A stretch of 64,000 nucleotides of DNA from Mobula hypostoma (taxonomy: Eukaryota): contig NC_086108.1 in the NCBI RefSeq assembly GCF_963921235.1, positions 73,596,001 through 73,660,000 on the forward strand. The letters are read 5' to 3'. The stretch's first letter is position 1; each line of letters starts with the position of its first letter. The notes beneath the pieces were generated by a model. That model saw only the letters and a program-made list of their open reading frames with translations. It was not told the origin of the DNA and searched no databases. Shown here in pieces: positions 24,421 through 37,485 of this stretch. The translations under genes and the position numbers were made by a program.

Positions 24421-26419
24421 TTACTTCAGTTATTGCACTGTGCAGCAAAAGGTGGCTAATAAACTGCTGTAAAGGCCTCTAAGAAGATTAACCATAATAT
24501 GACTGAATTTTACCCTAAGTTTGAAAGTGATGCAGTCCAACCTGAAACTATTGTTTTCAATCCAAACGTAGAAAAGTAAGAAGATATACAGGAGCAATTG
24601 AATGGGTAGAATTTATAATGGCAAATATGGAAATGCAGAGGAATTAAACAAATATTAGAAAGTATTAGAGATCTTTAGAATTTTTATCCAAGAGATTACA
24701 GGAAATGAAAGAGAAGAGGCAGATGCACGGGGTTTTCAGAAAAAGATCCACAAATGAGAACAGCGAACAAGCACATGAGTTGGGGGTAAAACACCAATGT
24801 GGCTTTAATATTAACAGATTGAAAGCAAAGTACATGAATAAGCAGGTCTTTCTTAGGTTGTCAGGCTGTTGCTAATGGCATACTACTAGGATCAGTAGCT
24901 GAGCAATCCAAATGTAAAAATTTGGAGTTTTCTGATACAGTAATAAAAGAACTGTATGTGAAAATTGAGTAGTCATGAGCATACTATGAGGCTTCAAGTG
25001 AATTAACAGGTTTTCTCATTTCTAGTTACTTATAAAACTAAATTACAAGAGTTTCTATATCTTTTCACTTGTATACAGATTTCTACTTTCTACTTATCAG
25101 TTCTTAGTTGATGTAGCATCTTTATTAAAACATGAATGTATAGAATTGATGGGATTTTTGGATTCTGTTATGGTTCATTTCACAATAAACAGCATCAATA
25201 TTCTTATATAAAAATGGGTACACTTCTTCATAACAGTGGTCAGATAGTGTAAAGGAATGATGCAATGCCCCTGGAAGATGGTGATTCAGGAGATAAGTAA
25301 TAAATAGTTAAGATGCAGGGAATCACAGGATAGTTAAATCATGGCACTTGCCTACACGTAAACACTTCATTCACCATTTAAGATTGACTCAGTGTCATCT
25401 ATTCCTTCTCAGTGAGCGTTGGCATAGAACAGTAAAGCACGGGAACATGCCCCTCAGCACACAATGTTGTGCTGAGCCAATTCGATTAGTAATCAAATGA
25501 CCAACTAAACTAATCCCCTCTGCCTACACAATGTCCATATCCTTCTATTTTCCTCACATTCATGTGCCTATCTAAGTGTCTCTTAAAAATCTTTATATAT
25601 CCACTGGAGTTTGGCTCTATCACCACCCCCGGTAGTATGCTCCAGGCACCCATAAACCTCTGTGAAAAAATAACTTGCCCTTCACACCGCTTTTGAAATC
25701 ACCTATGGAAAGTGTTCAGTAAATGTATGAGAATCATAACTGCAGCAATGATCCTTTTAATGTTGTAACATCATAGTTAAGTAATAATGATCTCAAATAG
25801 AAACCTAATCTAGGGTAATGCATATGGCATATAACTATTCTGTGCTTTAAGATGATCAATATGGAAATAGCAAATTGATGGATAGGGTGTGCGAGAAGAG
25901 CAGCAGAGAGAGAAGAAGTATGACAAACAATGAAACATAATAAATGAGAGGCCTATTATTCTTTGACAGAGTATTGTTCAAAATGGAATAGACAGTATAC
26001 CCTGCAGAAAAAGACCAAAGACTTTTTACTGCGGCTAATAATACATGTTCTTTTGAAAAGATTCAAAGAGCAACCTCCTTTCATCAACCCAAATGTGTCA
26101 TTAAAATTATAGCATTAAGCAAAAGAACACCAAACTCTGCCTGACTGACTGCGTCTTCAATTTTTAATTGAGGTAAATTAAGGTGATTGCTGCCTAAAGA
26201 AGGTTGAAAAGCAGCAGATGAACTCCGATGAATACCTGTCATGTTAGCAAAGTTTAAATTAAACAAATTCAATGCATCTGATGTGAATGGGAACTAGTGT
26301 CTCAAAATCACTGAATTACTGGTAAATTTCAGACCACAATTACATGTAGCAGTATTCAATTACACTAGTTGGCTTCCTCAGAAATAGCACATCGTAAGTT
26401 TACATTTTTAACTCCATCA

Positions 26420-26685
26420 TTGACGGCCCCAAGCCCAGCTGAAAAAGAGGAAGTTTGGCCAAGGGACTAGCAACCCCATCCCATAAAACCCAAAGCTACA
26501 GAAATGCTAACAGAAACTCCGAAGACCTCATTCCTGGGAGAGGAAGGTCTTCACCTGGAAGACACATGAGGTCATGTTTTGAAAGTAGAAGCCACAGGGC
26601 TGTTCAGCTTTCGGCCCAGGACTGAGAACTCAGGTGAGCTGCTGTCGGTGGCCTCTGCTCCAGTAGGGGTGGTGGGCTTAAGAAG
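26420..26685 (+). mobile_element. Probable RTE-related short non-autonomous element
   Basis: GC-richer island ending GGTGGCCTCTGCTCCAGTAGGGGTGGTGGGCTTAAG, resembling RTE-type 3' tails. Recognised by eye only. Confidence 0.4.
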
Positions 26686-28819
26686 GTTTCTGTTGACAAC
26701 AAGAGAAATAATTCGAATGATTCCTTGACCTAAATCCCAAATTCATTTTTAAAGTCTTATAACTTGAACCATAATTTTATATAAAAAATACTTAAATGAA
26801 ACATTGTAGAAAGCTGAACTGGCCCTAGTAACAGGTTAAGAATCTAAATGTGGCAAAACTAAAGTGTTGGCTCTTGCAGGAGTTGTGATTTCAAATATGA
26901 AACTTCTATTCTAAGTGAGGTCCAGAGTGGTAATGGATAAAGCCAACAGGTGAGTGGCAAGCCAACAGAAACCTTTCAATTCATTGTGCATAGAAAAATC
27001 AAATACCAGGGGCAGAGCTATGACGTGAGAGGCGAAAAGTTTGAAGATATGTGGAGCACGTTTTGTGTATGTGTGTGTGTGAATAGAAAGTGCCTCAAAT
27101 GTCCTACGAGTGGTGGCTATTCAACCAGGTGCTCTAGTGGCATTTAGACCGGCCGCATATAAACATGCAGAGGATGTAGGGATACAATCACGTGCACGCA
27201 GACAGGTTTAGTTTAAGTTGGCTTCATGGTTGACACAGACATGATAATTCCTCTTTCTGTGCTACATGCAGCCCCTTAATCATGTTTTACTGTTTACTAA
27301 GATTGTCTCTGATTGTGATCACTAATTTTCATTCCTATCAACCAGAGGAAACCCATCAACCCCTTGCTTATGAAGTATCTCTCCACCTTAAAAAGTGCCT
27401 CTGTAGCCACCATCCCTTGAGGAAAATGGTTCAAAAACACACACAAAAAAAAAGCTTCACCTCATCCCTGCCTTAATTGGGCAATTGCCCCATTTTAAAC
27501 AGGGACCCTTCACTTTATCTTCTCCCACAAAAGGAAACAACCTCTTCACATCCACTCTATAAAGATTCTCAAGACCACTGACCAGCAGGTCACTGTCTCC
27601 CAGACAATCATGACCTCATTTTTTCAGTAGATACTCCCCCTAATTCTCTGGCCTTTTGGTTTCCCAGCCACTTCTGCCCCCTGCCTAATGTTCCTATCCA
27701 GCAAGCTGCATTTCAACCTACCAGATTCATCTCTTTCTACCTTGCTTTCTCCCCTTACCCAACCCTTTCTACTTAGGTTTGCAATGCCCCTGGTACCTAT
27801 TGGGCCCCATATGGAGCATATGATGTAAGTGTATGTCCCTCATGACACCGGCATAACTCTTCCAGGCTGAGTCACTTAAAAGAAGGTTTTAGATGCATTG
27901 CAACTTCTAGATTAAATTAGATTCCTTCTATGGCAGTAAAATCCTCTCACATTGTTAATCCTTATCCTTTAACATCAGAGATCAAATTGTTATTGCTAAC
28001 ACTATCAGTGCAGATCTTATAGCAAGCACTATAAATCAGAATATCAGCTCCTATATTAAGCACTGCTGTAATTCTGACCTAATCATTGCGATATGTAGTT
28101 CCAGATGTGAATTCAAAATTAACTAATTTGGAAATGCATCCAAGTTACAATGTTTATTCCATCTCATCTCATGACCATCTTTGAAATCCATGACCAGAGT
28201 TAATGATTGAAGCAAAGATCATGTCAAGTTTAAGAATACATTCAACACACAAGGGAAGGATAATCATTACTTTGCTCCATGAATTTGTGAATCTGGACAT
28301 TTTCTCCTTGCTGGAACGACACCTCTGGGTCACTCTTATCAACCTAGCATTGCTCCTTCCATCCTTTTGATCCACTTGTATGTATATTTTTAATATTTAC
28401 TTGGTCCAAAATCATCTTATTCTATATAAAGATCAACTTTTCAAGGAAAACCTACACCTCATCTATTTTCATTTAAGTTTGAGATTGCTTCCTTTACTGA
28501 CTGGTGGTAATAATGTTTCCTATTATTTCTGCGAACATGATTTAGATAGAAATTTTATTTTGGGTGAAGAATACAACTGTGTGTATCGTATGGTCTAAAC
28601 ACAGAGGGGAAAAGTAGGCATGATTAGAACATAGAACAGTACAGCACAGAAATGGGCCCTTTGGTCTTGTGTGAACCAATTAAATTGGTAATCAACTGGC
28701 AAGATAAACTGATCTTTTCTGCCTACACAATGTTCATATCCTTTAATTTTCCTCACATTCATATGCCCATCTGAAGTGCCTGTATAAATTCTTAACTAAA
28801 ATCCTGAATATACTCTGCC

Positions 28820-29715
28820 ATATCCAGTGCACAGCCAAACACCCAAGTACCCAAGTAATCACATTGTCAAGTTCGCCAATGACACGCCAGTGGTGGGGCT
28901 CATCACCAGTAGCAATGAGACAGCTTACAGAGAGGAGGTGGAAGAGCTCAAGGCCAGTGGCAGGCAAATAACGTCTTCCTTAACGTCAACAAGATGGTTA
29001 TTGGCTTCTGGAGAACTCGTACCGGTCACTACCCTCTTTGCATCATGGCACAGCAACAGAAACTGCAAGCAGTTTCAAACTCCTGGGAGTGCACATCTCA
29101 CACAACCTCTCATGGTCAGAGAAGACATCAGACACAGGCAGGAAAGCTCACCAATGCCTCTACTTCCTGGGGAGGCTGAGGAGAGTTGAATGCTCGCAGT
29201 GCAGAGCATCGAAGCAGGCTGCATCACTACTTGGTACAGAAACTGCACAGCAGCAGATAGGAAGGTTCTACAATGAATCCCTGACTGCAGCCTACCCGCT
29301 ACCAAGGACATACAGAAGGTGCCATAAAAGGGGCAGTATCATGAAGAATCCCACCCACCTTCCCTGTGGACTCTCTTCAGGGAGGAGGCTACGTAGCATC
29401 CATACCAGGACCACCAGATTCAAAAACAGTTACTTTTCCCAAGGAGTAAAGCTGATCAATACCTCCAACTACTAAACTACCCCTCCACACCCCCAACCTC
29501 CTCTATTTTATTATTTCCCGTCTGTCACCTTATATACAGACACGACTGTGCTGAGTGCCACTTTATGGACATACAATTAATGTATACGAGCTATTGTATG
29601 TATTCATATTTATAGCTTTTTAATTATCATTATGTTCTTTATCTTTTGGGTTTCCTTATTAGTTCTCCTTTACAAATAAGTGCAGAAAATTGCATTAAGC
29701 AATCTTGAATCTTGA
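28820..29715 (+). mobile_element. Rex1-type LINE 3' fragment
   Basis: IVKFANDTPVVGLITSSNETAYREEV, FKLLGVHISHNLSWS, SGRRLRSIHTRTTRFKNSYF; (TCTTGAA)2 tail near 29705. Confidence 0.75.
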
Positions 29716-30817
29716 AGTCAAATCTTCATATATTAGCAATTTAACAAATATCAGCCCTTTCAACCAAACAAATGAGTTTTACTTTTTAAATCAGTAAAAC
29801 CAGATAATGGCCAGCAGATCAAAAAGAATCTACGAAGAGAGACAGAAGAACTCTGACCTGCAGAAGGAAATTGATTGTTTCTCTGTAAACCTTCCTTTTC
29901 AGATATGTTAAGTGTTTTGTGCTTTAATTTTAGATTTCTACATCCACAGTACTGTGCACACACACACTTCACAAGTACATTACCAAAGAATTCATAACGA
30001 TGCAGCTAGAGAGAGGAAAAAAATTATGACAAAATATATTTAAATCTGAAAATGAAATTGAGCATTGTGAGTAACAGGGATGTTAAAAAAAAGAATGAGA
30101 AACATCACAGAAACCATCACCAGCATGTCAGTCGGCTAGCTGGACAAAGGCTCCACAAAAGCCAAACCTTGTTCAGATTACCTTTGATAAATGATGCTCT
30201 CTGAATTCATCAATATTAGTTATTCAAATGTAGCAGAGGAAATCAGTTCCATCAAGCTAACTGTACAGTCTTCATCAAAACCCAAAGTAATTCTCACTGG
30301 AAGCACACAACACTATCTATCACAGCTGGTCAATGATTGAAATAGAAGGTTTTCTTCCCAAAAGCATAACCATTCTTACATAGATGGATGTGACATTTGG
30401 ACTGCCACAGAACTAAGGCAAAGTTGTCTCAATCAATCTTTTATTACCCTTCATTCACTGAATTTCATTTTTATGCAAATTTAACAGATTTCTTGACCAC
30501 CATTATACCTGATAAGATATCAGAGCTTGTGTGGCTTGTTGCACACAAGAAATTTGATTTTGAATCTAGCTGTCTTACTTCCACCTTCTCATCTATGTCA
30601 ATGGAAGGAAGAAGTATTGAATTACATTTATTTTACATGACAGGGATTACAGGAAATTTTCAGTTCATCTGCTAGTGATGAGATATTTTGCCCGCAGTGA
30701 TTATGTTAATTTTATGCAGGAAACTTGAAGCAATACACTGAAGGTTCCAGGCATGTTTTGAAAAATTTATTGCACATTTTCAAGGCAACTGCAAGCCCAA
30801 AAGACCAGTCAAAAAGT

Positions 30818-31376
30818 AGACTGTGGCCACTATATCAGCTACCTCCTGTAGCTGATAAAGTGGTCACTGAGCAAAGGTTCATTGTCTTCTGCAGCTGCAG
30901 CCCATCCACTTCAAAATTCGACATGTTGTGCATTCAGACATGCTCTTCTGCACACTACTGTTGTAATGCATAGTTATTTGAGTTACTGATGCCTTCCTGT
31001 TAGCTTGAACCAGCCTGACCTTTATCAATAACAAGGTGTTTTCACCCACGGCAACACTGTGCACTAGATGTTTTTTGGTTTTTCGCACTCTCCTCAGCAA
31101 ACTCCAGAGACTGTTGTGAGTGAATATCCCAAGAGATCCCAGCAGTCTTTGAGATACTCAAACAACCCCATCTGGCACCAACAATCTTTCCATGTTCAGT
31201 GTCATATAGATCACAGATCTTCCCCATTCTGATGTTTGGTCTGAACTACACCTGAACCTCTTGACAGTGTCTGCATGCTTTTATGCATTGTGTTGCTGCC
31301 ACATGATGGGCTGATTAGATATTTGCATTAACAAGCAGGAGCACAGGTATACCTAATAAAGTGGCCACTGGGTGTA
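30818..31376. mobile_element. Non-autonomous Tc1-like element
   Basis: Imperfect TIRs GTGGCCACTATATCAG... / ...CTAATAAAGTGGCCAC, ending in TA. Minus-strand remnant MGKICDLYDTEHGKIVGARWGCLSISKTA resembles a Tc1 transposase N-terminus. Confidence 0.65.
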
Positions 31377-32119
31377 TACGCCACTAGGTAAGTTATAAGA
31401 TGGGGAATTGGGTGATGGGGATTGATGTAAGAAGGAGCAAGTTGGAGTCAAGCAGAACCATTGTATTCCTTTTCCAATGATCAATTAATGGGTAATCCCC
31501 TCCGAGAGCCACCAATTTAAAGCAGTATCCAGCATAGCACGGAAGACTATTCTGCCTTCATATCTGGGATGTCACAAACAATCCGTTTTGCTTGAATTTG
31601 AACTTGTCCCAGTCTTTTGTTATTTCGTAATAGCACAGAAATACTTAACTGTTTTAATGTCCATCCATAACCCTATAGTAAGTTGTTATTGAATTGATTA
31701 TACATGTTCCTCAATTCATCTTCACAAAAATATTGCTGTTCTGTTTCCTCTGAAGATTATTAGTCTCAAATCTTCATGGACTATCCGTTCCAAATATTGA
31801 AAATCCTGTTTGAATGTTGCACCTGAGCAGCAGGTTTCCTCTCTGTAGATTTACCTCAGGCTTTTTTGGCATCATTCTCAAGGTCAGAGTTCAACATTCA
31901 AATAGACTTTAGAATTTTTAACAAAAAAATAAATTTACATAGGCCCTTTCATAAGCACTTCATAGCTAATTAAGTATTCCTGAAGCCTAGTCACTTCCTT
32001 AATGTTCAAAATGCCCTGATGAATTTTAATACATGGCAAAGCTCTAACCATATGTTGAAGACCAGCAGCAACTCCAACTAGACTCTCTCTGTTGAAAGCT
32101 ATTTCATTTTCTCTGCCCT

Positions 32120-34495
32120 GAAGTGAGGACAGATGGACAGCCTTCTATCAGAAAAATATTCTGGGATGGTTCCAGAGGGCTGGAAAATTGCAAAAATCAT
32201 TCCACTCTTCAAGAAGGGAAGGATGCAGGAAAAAGGAAATTATACACCAGTCAGTCTGACCTCAGTGGTTGGAAAGATGTTGGAGTCAATTGTTAAGAAT
32301 GTGGTTTAGAGATACTTGGAGTCACATGATAAAACAGGCAGGTCAGCATGGTTTACATCAGGGAAAATTTTGTATGACAAATCTGTTAGGATTCTTTGAG
32401 TAAATAACAAGCAGAATAGACAAAGAAGAATTGGTGGATGGTGTGTACTTTGACTTTCAAAAGGCCTTTGACAAGGTGCTCAACATGAGACTGTTTAACG
32501 AGATCCCACGGTATTACAGAAAAGATACTAGCATCGATAGGGATTTGGGGGATTGGCAGAAGGCAAAGAGTAGGAATAAAGGGAGCCTTTGCTAATTGGC
32601 TGCCGGCGACCAGTGGTCTTTTACTGGGGTTCAGTGTTGGGACCACTCCTTTTTACATTGTATGTTGATGGCTTGGATGAAGGAATTGATGGCTTTGTGA
32701 CCATATTTACAAATGATACAAAGATAGGTGGAGAAACAAGTAGTATTAAGGAAGCAGGGAGGCTGCAGAAGGACTTGGAGAAGATGAGGAGAATGGGCAA
32801 AGGAACGGCAAATGGAATACAGTGTCGGGAAATGTACAGTCATGCATTTTGGTAGAAGGAATAAAAGAATAAGCTATTTTCTAAATGGGGAGAAAATTCA
32901 AAACTCTGAGGTGCAAATGGACTTTGGAGTCTACTTGCAGGATTCCCTAAAAGACCCAGAAGAAGATGACACAATGCTATCAAAGGCAACATCCTCAAGC
33001 CAGTTCACAAAGCAACTCCTTTCACTTCTTTTACGTCTTCTTTATATTTCAGGTCTGGTTCTCCTCCTGTTGGAGCCTGGTCTCTACACTCTGGCAGTGG
33101 GTTTTCAGGCCAATTGGGCAATCTGGCACTTTGCTGTCTCCGAGGGGGTTCCATGAGGCTGCAAGCAGAGTATGTGGCATGAAGGCCAGGAAAACGGGAG
33201 ATGGAGCATAAGCACATGATCGACTTCATCTCTCACTGATCTCATTAACTAAAGCAGGAAGGAAAATTGAAATCATCAAGGTGGGTGTAGAGAACAAGCA
33301 GGTGTTCAGCACTGTCTACCAGCCTCTTGCCCGCTACTGCCGGAAGAGTATCTACGTGTAGCGATTTCTCTCTCTCCCTCTCTGCTCGCGAGAAAATTTC
33401 CTTGCATTCAAGTGATCTCCCTCTCCCTCAGTGCTGTCAGATGATTGTGCTGAATCAAGGGTTAATCGCCACAGTTTGTCAATTTGGACTCAATTCAGAT
33501 TTATGAGGTGTTCTATTTCTAGTCATTCATTTTTAAATTATTTTACTTTTGGGTGATTTTGAATTGGGGCAGCCTGCAGGTAATGGTTTTTGATTTGGGG
33601 TAATTTTTGAATTGAGCAGAAATTTGTCTTTTGACTTTGTGTTTCATATTCTGTGTTTTCACTCATCGTTTCTCGTTACCATTTGCACCATTCCTTTTTT
33701 TAATGCAGGGAGAGGTCCTTGATGTTTTTCTTTGTACAGGTTGGTTCCATGGTTTGTTGTTTCATTGCTATCTGTGGGAAAATGACTTTTTGGGTTGTCT
33801 ACTGAATACATATTTTGATGATAAATGCACTTTGAATCATTAAAGGTTAACTTGCAGGTTGAGTTGGTGGTGAGGTTGGCAAATGCAATGTTTGCATTCA
33901 TTTTGAAAGGGCTAGGATATAAAAGCAAGGATGTAATGCTGAGGCTTTATGAGACACACTTGGAGTATTGTGAGCAGTTTTGGGCCCCTTATACAAGAAA
34001 AAATATGCTGACATTGGAGAAAGTTCAGAGGAGGTTCATGGGAATGATTCCTATGATGAAAGGCTTATCAAATGAGGAGCGATTGATGGCTCTGGCCCTT
34101 TACTCACTGGAATTTAGAAAAATGATGGAGGATCTCATTGAAACCAATCAAATGTTGAAAGGCCTAAATAGAGTAGATGTGGAGAGGGAATTTCCCATGG
34201 TGGTGGAGTCTAGGACTAAGGGTGCAGCCTCAGAATAAAGGGACTCCGTTTAGAGAAGAATTTCTTTAGCCAGAGTATGGTGAATCTGTGGAATTCATTG
34301 CCAGAGACTCTATGGAGACTGGGTCATTTGATGTATTTAAGGCAGAGATTGATACTGTAGGTTTTTGATTAGTCAGGGCGTGAAGGTTACATGGAGAAGA
34401 CAGAAGAATCGGGTTGAGAGGATCACCATGAAGAAATAGCGGAACAGACATGATGGGCTGAATGGCCTAATTCTGTGCCTCATGGTCTTAAAATC
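32120..34495 (+). mobile_element. Degenerate CR1 LINE ORF2 with an ~880-bp unrelated insertion (~32952-33835)
   Basis: YTPVSLTSVVGKML, YFDFQKAFDKV, GSVLGPLLFTLYV, KCTVMHFGRRN, LEYCEQFWAPY. The sequence GATTCCCTAAA|GGTTAACTTGCAG is split by the insertion. Confidence 0.85.
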
Positions 34496-34714
34496 TGAAA
34501 AGTAAAATAATTCACCTACTGCAGGAACATTTTCTGAATATCCACTGAAGAAAATATTATTAGGAATTTCTAATTTACTTTTTACTTTTTTCAGATACAG
34601 CGCTTTGCCATGCTCTCTTTGAAGTCTCATTCAAAGGTCAATACATAAAACATTACCCTGATTTGAAGGATTCTCTTGATTTGCTATGTCTAATGGTAAG
34701 ACTCTTGGCAGTGT

Positions 34715-35150
34715 GGAGGATCAGAAGGATCTTGGGGTCCGAGTCCATAGGACACTCAAAGCTGCTACACAGGTTGACTCTGTGGTTAAGAAGGCATACA
34801 GTGCATTGGCCTTCATCAATCGTGGGATTGAGTTTAAGAGCTGAGAGCCCAGGGCTGAAATGGCTAGCACGAGAGGACATAGTTTTAAGGTGCTTGGAAG
34901 TAGATACAGAGATGTCAGGGGTAAGTTTTTTTATGCAGAGAATGGTGAGCGCTTGGAATGGGCTGCCGGCGGTGGCGGTGGAAGTGGAAATGATAGGGTT
35001 TTTTAAGAGACTCCTGGATAGATACATGGAGCTTAGAAAAATGGAGGACTACAGATAAAGCCTAGGCGGTTCTAAAGTAGGGACATGTTCAGCACAGCTT
35101 TGTGGGCTGAAGGGCCTGTATTGTGCTGTATGTTTTCTATGTTTCTATGT
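34715..35150 (+). mobile_element. CR1 3' fragment with (TTTCTATG)n tail
   Basis: FFMQRMVSAWNGLPAVAVE...FKRLLDRYM and an 8-nt repeat tail at about 35130-35150. Confidence 0.75.
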
Positions 35151-37485
35151 TAATATTTAAATCATTATTTAGTAATGCACGCAATATACATTTTCTGCAC
35201 ATTAGTAATTAAGTATTGAGCTAAAAATTCATATCAGCTCTGCAAAAAGATAAATTCTGAAGAACATATTGAAAAGCGGCTACTGTTAATTATGACCCTC
35301 TCTGACTGTTGTTTTCTGCACTGCTTTTTCTGATTGACTCATTACAAAAGTACGTCACCTTTCTATAGGATGCAACTGAAACCAGACTAAAAATAATGGT
35401 TCAAAGATTTGACACTTCCAACAGCGTCCTTGCTTAACTTACACCCTCCCCTATAGAAGACACCACTGGATAAATAGCATCACAATCAGCTGTTCGTTTA
35501 AAATTGATTACTGTTTGACTTCAATGGATTTGAATTATGAGTTAACCAAAAATTAGTAGAATTAGATGCATTATTCAATTTCCAAGAATCACATGACAGT
35601 GATAACAATAATCTTTTCTCAATTACCATTCATTTTAACTCATTGTGGTATGTCGATGGAAGGGAAACATAAATTCCATTATCACAAAAGCCAATACTGT
35701 CCAATACAGATCAATCTCAAGCTCATCTACTAAACTACACTCACATAATACAACTAACCAATAATATTCAAGAGAAAACATTACACACCAGACAAGAGAC
35801 ACCAACAAAATGAAATGAGACAATTCCGGGAATATGTGGAATATCGGGAATACATATAATCAATGCAGGCTAGAAATTAATTCCTTTATAAAGAGCCATA
35901 GAGTCACTGAGCACTACAATGCAGAAACAGGCCCTTCAGCCCATCTAATCCATTGTCATTCATACTCATGGTTGATTCAAGGAGGCATAATTTTGAGAGG
36001 AAATGTACAGGAGGTTGCCAGAGACAGCTTTTTTAAATAAAACACAGAGAGTACTGGGTGCATGGAACATGCTGCCAGGGATGGTGGTAGAGGCAAAGAC
36101 ATTTGGGACATTTAACAAATTCTTGCATAGACACGTTGCTGATGGAAAAAAATGGATGGCTATGAAGGAGGGATGGGTTAGATTGACCTTAGAGTGGATT
36201 AAAAGGTCAGCACAACGTCATGGATCAAAGGGCCTGTCTGTGTTCCATACTTCTCCCAGATGTTGCAATTGAGCCTGCATCCACGACTTCACCTGGCAGC
36301 TCATTCCACACACTCACCACCCTCTGATTTAAGTACTTCCTCTTTAGATTCCCATTAAATATTTCACCTTTCACCCTTAACTTATGGCCTCTAGTTCTTA
36401 TCTCATCCAACCTGTGTAAAAAGCTTGCCTGTATTTACTCTAATAATACTCCTCATAATTTTGCATACCTCAATCAAATCTCCCCTCATTCTCCAAAATG
36501 AAGCCCAAATCTTTTCAACTTTTCCTCAAACTTAGGATCTCAAGTACTGGCAAAATCCTATTAAATTTTCTCTTATACTGTTTCAATCTTATTTACAGTG
36601 CCTATAAAAAGTATTCATCCCCCCACCCTGGAAGTTTTCATGTTTTAATGTTTTACAACATTGAATCACAGTAAACTTAATTTGGTTTAAGACCTGCAGT
36701 ATTCACCCGCGCTCCATTATGTAGGATCTGATAAAAATAAGATACCGCAGTACCAGTAACAGGATCAAATTTATTTATTACCTCCAGGGACTCACGTTTG
36801 ACTAAAACCTCAAAGTTAGGTATATATTTCCTAACATAATCTTGAATTTGTAAATATCTGAAAAAACTAAATGCAGCGATATTGTAAACTGCTTGTAACT
36901 GCACTAATGAGGCAAAGTTTCCATTATTATGTAGGTCACCAATACTACAGATGCCTCTGTGTTTCCAGGTGGAAAAAACAGTATCGTTCAGGCCAGGCAA
37001 AAAGGAATGATTGTCACAGATCGGAGTGCCAATGTAAGTGATATACAGGCATGGGTGGATGAATTGGGTATAGAATTGACAGAGGGGGTCTGGGATGAGT
37101 GTTTAAAGAGTATACATGATTGTTCGGTCAACGTCAGATACAGACTGATACAGTTTAAAACATTACATAGACTCCATTATTCCAAAGAAAAGTTGCACAG
37201 TTTCTACCCTGATGTTTCGCCAGTTTGTAATAGATGTAAATCTGTGAACAGTAAATTTTAACATTCATTCTGGTCATGTTGTAAGCTTTATGCATACTGG
37301 AAAAGTATTTTTCACTGTTTCTCTGAGGCTTTTGGGAAGCGGTGGGAACCAGACCCGCTCATAGCCATCCTTGGAGCAACAACTTGGATGGAGGGGACAT
37401 CTTTGAAAGGATATGGGGCCCTGTATTGGCTTTCTTACATGGTGAGGACTGAAGTTTTTTGGTGCAGTGCACCTCTACTGTGTAT

